From NCBI GenBank assembly GCA_030141605.1, contig JAQGDQ010000446.1, forward strand, positions 130,148 to 194,147: a stretch of DNA of 64,000 nt, given 5' to 3'. The stretch is from Tubiluchus corallicola. Its lineage: Eukaryota > Animalia > Priapulida. Shown one piece after another: positions 59,006 through 64,000 of this stretch. Made by a program: the position numbers and the translations under genes. The notes below the pieces were generated by a model, which ran no database searches, was not told the origin of the DNA, and was given only the letters and a program-made list of their open reading frames with translations. The stretch's first letter is position 1, and each line of letters begins with the position of its first letter.

Positions 59006-62000
59006 GAAGAAGTTCTGAAGGTAATTGCTAAGACACTAGAATACAGGTAGAATTCAAGTAAAATACAGGTGAGCTTTATTTTTATAAATCATTAATAACA
59101 CTATACATTCTCTCTCTCTCCCTCCCTCTCTCTCGCCCTCTCCCTCTCCCTCTCCCTCTCCCTCTCTCTCTCTCTCTCTATGAAGAAGTTCTGAAGGTAA
59201 TTGCTAAGACACTAGAATACAGGTAGAATTCAAGTAGAATACAGGTGAGCTTTCTTTATATAAATCATTAATAACACTATACATTGCTCTCTCAGTTTAA
59301 GTCACATGCTTACTCAATGATCTCTGAAAGCCAACTGCCCAGGTAAGTTTTTTCCATGAAGCAAGGAAGCCAGCAATTCAATGAAGGTAAATGTTATGCA
59401 TACTAGTTCAAGGATGAAAGTTTAGACTGTATATAAAGAAATAGACTTATTTTATAGCTGAAATTTCTTGTGTGGGATTTTTAATGTTTTAACAAGAGAA
59501 TGTAATAATATGACTAATGATCATAATTAAGAACTAATAAAAAATAAGATAAAAAAAGACCCAACCTTAAACTGTAGGTCAAGACAATCTACTTTTTTAA
59601 AATATTTAAAGGAAACATGCTATTTTTTTCAAAAATGCCTTACGTGAAAGAATTATTGCCACACAACACAATTTAGTGTTCGTGCCACTAGTTCTTCGCT
59701 GTTAGATGCATTTCGCCATTCGCTGGTTAGACGGGGCACTAGCGCCTGCATTTTGAAAATGCAATGCACAAAAAACAGGTGCTGTACCTCTCAATTCAGA
59801 TGTGTTTATTTGTGACGAACTACACACATTCGACGGCTCGTGCGTGAACACAGCAGAATTTGAATTTTTACCTCAAAACTTTCCTAGTTTTAGCACAACA
59901 CCTGTAAACCGAGAAGTACAGCACCTGTTTTTATGCAACGTGTTTCCAAGATGCAGGTGCCCGTGCCCTGCATCTAACTAGCGAATAGCAAAATGCACGT
60001 AACAGCAAAATAGCCACACGAATGCGAAATTACCACTCATAATACTTCTTTCATGCAAGTCATTCTAGCATGTTTCCTTTCAATATTTTATTGAAATATC
60101 GGATGATTTTTAGCTATAGTTTAAGATTGAGTCCCGCTTTTCTTTGAAACATTACTTGTATATAATATAGCATAAAATACGTGACAATTAGGGAATATAG
60201 CTCCATAATATATATCAGGGGTGTGCAAATTATCTGACTAGCCGGGCCACATTAAGCTTTCTCGCAATTCCTGTGGGCCACATGCAGTTTGGTCAAGGAG
60301 CCAATACAGTAGGACCTAATAACGATTTTTTTGCATCCGATTTGCGCACACCATTACTACTGCACTACTACACTCAAGAAACTATTTTAGAAGTTATTAA
60401 AATTTATATTAAAACCATATATTTCGTCATATCCGACACTGACATTAAGTGACAACGGTCTTGTAAGGGTTAATGCCATCCGATCTAGAGGAATAAACTA
60501 TCCGCACTATCTTTGCAATATTGGCGCAGACTTTAGCTGGATCGCGTGGTCCGCACTTTCATTATGTTGACAAGCCTCTTCGCGGGCCGCACAAGATCTC
60601 TCGGCGGGCCGCAAGTGGCCAGCGGGCCGCAGTTTGCACATCCCTGATATATATCATGGAAGCAGCACAGTGCCGATTCTTCTGTCTTCATGAACCGGAT
60701 GCATTTATACCCACTGTCAATGTTCCTGTGACGACGAAATATTTCTGGTGGTGGAGGGGGGCGGGGGCGGGTTAAGTGAAAAGTGGATTACGGATTATTT
60801 ATTTACACAGAAAAATCGATCACAATTTCAGGTTTGATAAATTTATATATCATTCATATTGCATATCTGGAGAGCAAACAATTACCTACAAATTAAGCGA
60901 AAATTATTGGACTACGGTTTATTTACACACACACGGTCCATCGGGCTTTCAGGTTTGACAGATTTATTGAGCAATCGAAATAGTGAGAAGTGGTTTGAGA
61001 ATATTCATTGTACACATAATTACCTATAAATAAAATAACCAGAGCTGCCCACTGGGCAGCAGAGAGTGCTCGTCGTAGCATTATCACAGAAAATAGAGCC
61101 GTCGTTAAAATTTTCAACTGGTAGGATACCTGGAAAATAAAAAAGGTATTGTGAAATTCATTTTTGAAGTTGTTGTTCAATCACTTTGTTATGATTGAGT
61201 TTAGGTACAGAGAAGTATGAATAGGAACCAAATATCTATAATAAATATTTGCACTGCACACAACAGAAAAGTGTTTATTGAACTACAGAAAACATGAGTA
61301 GCAAAACTGCTGCACTGAACATTGAGCAAAAACTAGAAAGCAAAAACAGTCAGTAAAACCTGTTTCACAGCCTACAGGTATAGAACTTGATCTATGCAGA
61401 GTTGCACAGGCTTCACAACAACCATTAATTTTAGATAGGGAGAGGACCAGTGTGTATGTATTCACTGGACCATACAATTATACTGAAGGTAAGTCAGCTG
61501 GTAGAATGTAACAGGATTAGCACATAGATGGCAGCACCTAATTACAATGTACAATTTCAACTTTCACAGGTACCTTGTAAATATAACACATATATTTTCA
61601 CACGTATATATATATATACATATATATAATGTAATATAATAAGAATGTTATTATATAAGTGCTTGCACAGCAAAATCGTCCATAAGTCGGCAGTTAAGCT
61701 GTCCTAGTTATTCACGTATCTTGAATCTCCATTTCATGAGGACAATTTTGATACCAATCTCATCGCTCTATGTTATTTCTAAGCTGAGGTAATCCACGTT
61801 GAAGCTGAAAAGTGCACACTACGAACTGAGAAACTTAGCTTTTAGAAAATCTCAATTAAAGTTGGCCCTCGTTTTTACAAAACACTTAGCAACCGTACAA
61901 ATGTCGGTTACTATGGACATTGCAAGAGCACATTGAAGTTATGTTCAAATCCACTGATGAAGGTCTGAGCTTGGCAAGAGAAAAAACCCGAAGAAAAATG

Positions 62001-62028
62001 ACTGTTTCCACAAGCTAGTAAGTAAGTC

Positions 62029-62067
<39 letters not shown>

Positions 62068-63361
62068 CGGTCGGTCGGTCGGTCGGTCGGTCAGTAAGTA
62101 AGTAAGTAGTAAGTAAGTAAGTAGTAAGTAAGCAAGCAAGCAAGCAAGTAAGTAAGTCAGTAAGTAAGTCAGTAAGTAAGTTTATTAGTTTATCACCATT
62201 TTTAAATTAGCAAAATACATAACTAACAGATTTAGAAATCTGTACAACATACAATAATATCACAAAGTGCGAAAGTAATTATAGATTATTGGTGAAAGGG
62301 TGGCGAAAGAACTATAAGTTATCGAGGTCAGCCACCCTCTCAGAATTGTTACTAATATAATTAATTAGTTAAATTGCATTAGTAGTTTCCTGCTAGAAAA
62401 GTGGGGTCATAAAATTAAATTTTTAGTATTTCTAAACATTTTCTTCATAATTTAATGCTAATATATAAAAGTTCAATATATTTAGCAATTATTTAGTGTT
62501 TATAAAATGACAACAAGCAATATGATCAGGGTGCATAAGATTATGGATATGTATAAAATAAATAAAATAGCTTATTTTATGGATTTTTGAAATTTTATTT
62601 TATGCATATCAATAAAATAAGAAATAGACTATATCTGGAATGAGATGCCCAGGGGGAAATCAATTAAAAAGTAAAAACAGGAGTGTTTGAAACGTGTTTT
62701 AAAACAAGCAGGACTTAGTTTTAATTTTATTAGTCTACAGAGAGTACGTCTCTGGTGGCTGGGTCTCTCTCGGTTGTTTTCAGACTGAACTCCAGCTCAT
62801 GCTTTGGTTGAAACTTCGCCATCTTGACAACAAAAAGACAATGAGAAAAAACAATGTAAAATAGCAAATCCGGAAATGCGCTTTTGTTGGTTTGTTTTCT
62901 TTCTCTTTCTCTCCTTCTAACGTTTGTTTTCAGTGTTGCCAATGCTTACAACTCCTTACTTTGTACAAAAAATCACAAAAAAAAATATTTTTTATGGATT
63001 TTTCAAATTTTATTTTATGGATTTTTGGTCTTATTTTGTGGATATCCATAATCTTATGCAGCCTGACCATGACTGATTCAGAAATTCAGATATTATTATA
63101 TGACAGTAGCTATTTGAACACGGTAAATATCACTATCAAATACTAAAAACCTCAACGCCATACCTGAAATGTGGCAGCATCTAAATTGGATATTGCCAAA
63201 TATAGCAGGTTGTTCTGCACAAAATATATACAGGAAGGCACCGTGACTTTCAAAGTGTCGAATGGATTCTGGATGATCTTTTCGTGAAGATGAGACGCCC
63301 ATCCACCGATGCTCTTCACCTCCACCAAGATTAGAACCAGACATGTTATCAATTTAACGAC
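58167..63361 (-). CDS. SLC35A2: Nucleotide-sugar transporter SLC35A2/A3 family (UDP-galactose translocator-like), last three exons; 5' part outside the window
   Basis: Exons 63361-63164, 61129-61024, 58759-58167 with compatible phases. Motifs [29 protein letters not shown]|[56 protein letters not shown]. The A2 versus A3 assignment is tentative. Confidence 0.9.
58817..59293. repeat. Three tandem ~105-bp units separated by (CT)n tracts
   Basis: ctatgaagaag..gctaagacactagaatacaggtagaattcaagt..cactatacatt occurs three times. Confidence 0.9.
60216..60646 (+). mobile_element. hAT-type MITE family A, copy 6 (more diverged)
   Basis: Same TIRs; 8-bp TSD atatatat. Confidence 0.9.
61024..61129 (-). 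CDS. SLC35A2: SLC35A-type transporter exon
   Basis: ttccag|[35 protein letters not shown](G)|GTAATT. Confidence 0.93.
61150..61568 (-). mobile_element. Solo LTR family D, copy 3
   Basis: Reverse copy; TSD ggtat/ggtac. Confidence 0.78.
62527..63065. mobile_element. TIR element (MITE)
   Basis: 24-bp TIR CAGG[G/C]TGCATAAGATTATGGATAT at both ends. Confidence 0.75.
63164..63361 (-). CDS. SLC35A2: SLC35A-type transporter exon
   Basis: tttcag|[66 protein letters not shown]|GTATGG. Confidence 0.92.
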
Positions 63362-64000
63362 CTGAAATATAGTAAAGCATTTAGAAACAAGTCCTTTGAG
63401 AATTTGTCTAGAATGACTGCTGTCTAATTATATCATTTGAACATTTGCTTTTTAATTGTACTTTGGTCGACGAAAGTAAAAGATTAGCGCTCGCAAATAG
63501 CTTACAATTTCAAAACATTAGTAAAATTTATACCTCTCGAGACAAAAACCTGCTAGTTGCTTTCTCTGAGTTAGTTTGTGATTCGTTTTTACAAACTTTA
63601 GTATAAAATATTGAACTTTTATATTATATCTGTCACTTTTATATTATACAGGTCGTTTTGTGTAAACTGGTACTATTTGATTTTAGTTGTTCTTTTATTG
63701 GTATATTGATTTATTGGTATTTAAAAGTCTTACGTATATAACAGCTATTTTATTTACAAAGTTTTTTTAACCATACCCTGCAAATAGAGGGTCCCTGTAT
63801 GTATTTTATGTAAATATTTGTATATGCATTCAATCTTAAATTTTAAATAAAGAATAATAATAATTATATCCTATGTCAATTTTAAGATCTCTACTAAATT
63901 TAGCTTTATATTTGTATATAGTAGATTTTCATTGAGTCTAATTACATAAGTCTCATATCTAAAATTGGCTGTGCATCAAATATAAAAAATTTTACTAATG

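Overview
AT-rich, intron-containing animal (probably invertebrate) genomic DNA, not prokaryotic. All exon chains were read and phase-checked by hand; no database search was run. Genes: (1) the 3' part of a coiled-coil ODF2/cenexin-like ORF, uninterrupted over >1.47 kb (+, 3-1472); (2) a complete 16-exon fatty-acid amide hydrolase (FAAH-like, 576 aa, -, 7298-40428) with an intact Lys-Ser-Ser triad; (3) an intronless class A GPCR nested on the same strand in FAAH intron 8; (4) a possible second nested, F-box-like spliced mini-gene in FAAH intron 5; (5) a Gly/Tyr/Arg-rich, probably secreted protein built from six ~28-aa repeats (core DGYG[IL]GxNGPP; +, 45304-45945) whose start codon and donor site look damaged or non-canonical; (6) the last three exons of an SLC35A2/A3-type nucleotide-sugar transporter (-, 58167-63361). 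Introns and spacers are full of non-autonomous transposons (hAT, Tc1/Tigger, piggyBac, Kolobok- and Harbinger-like MITEs, solo LTRs, an RTE LINE fragment, a 5S-rRNA-headed SINE family with TSDs), foldback satellite structures, a Penelope-type hammerhead motif and many mini/microsatellites. The best candidate for an undescribed system is the six-repeat protein.
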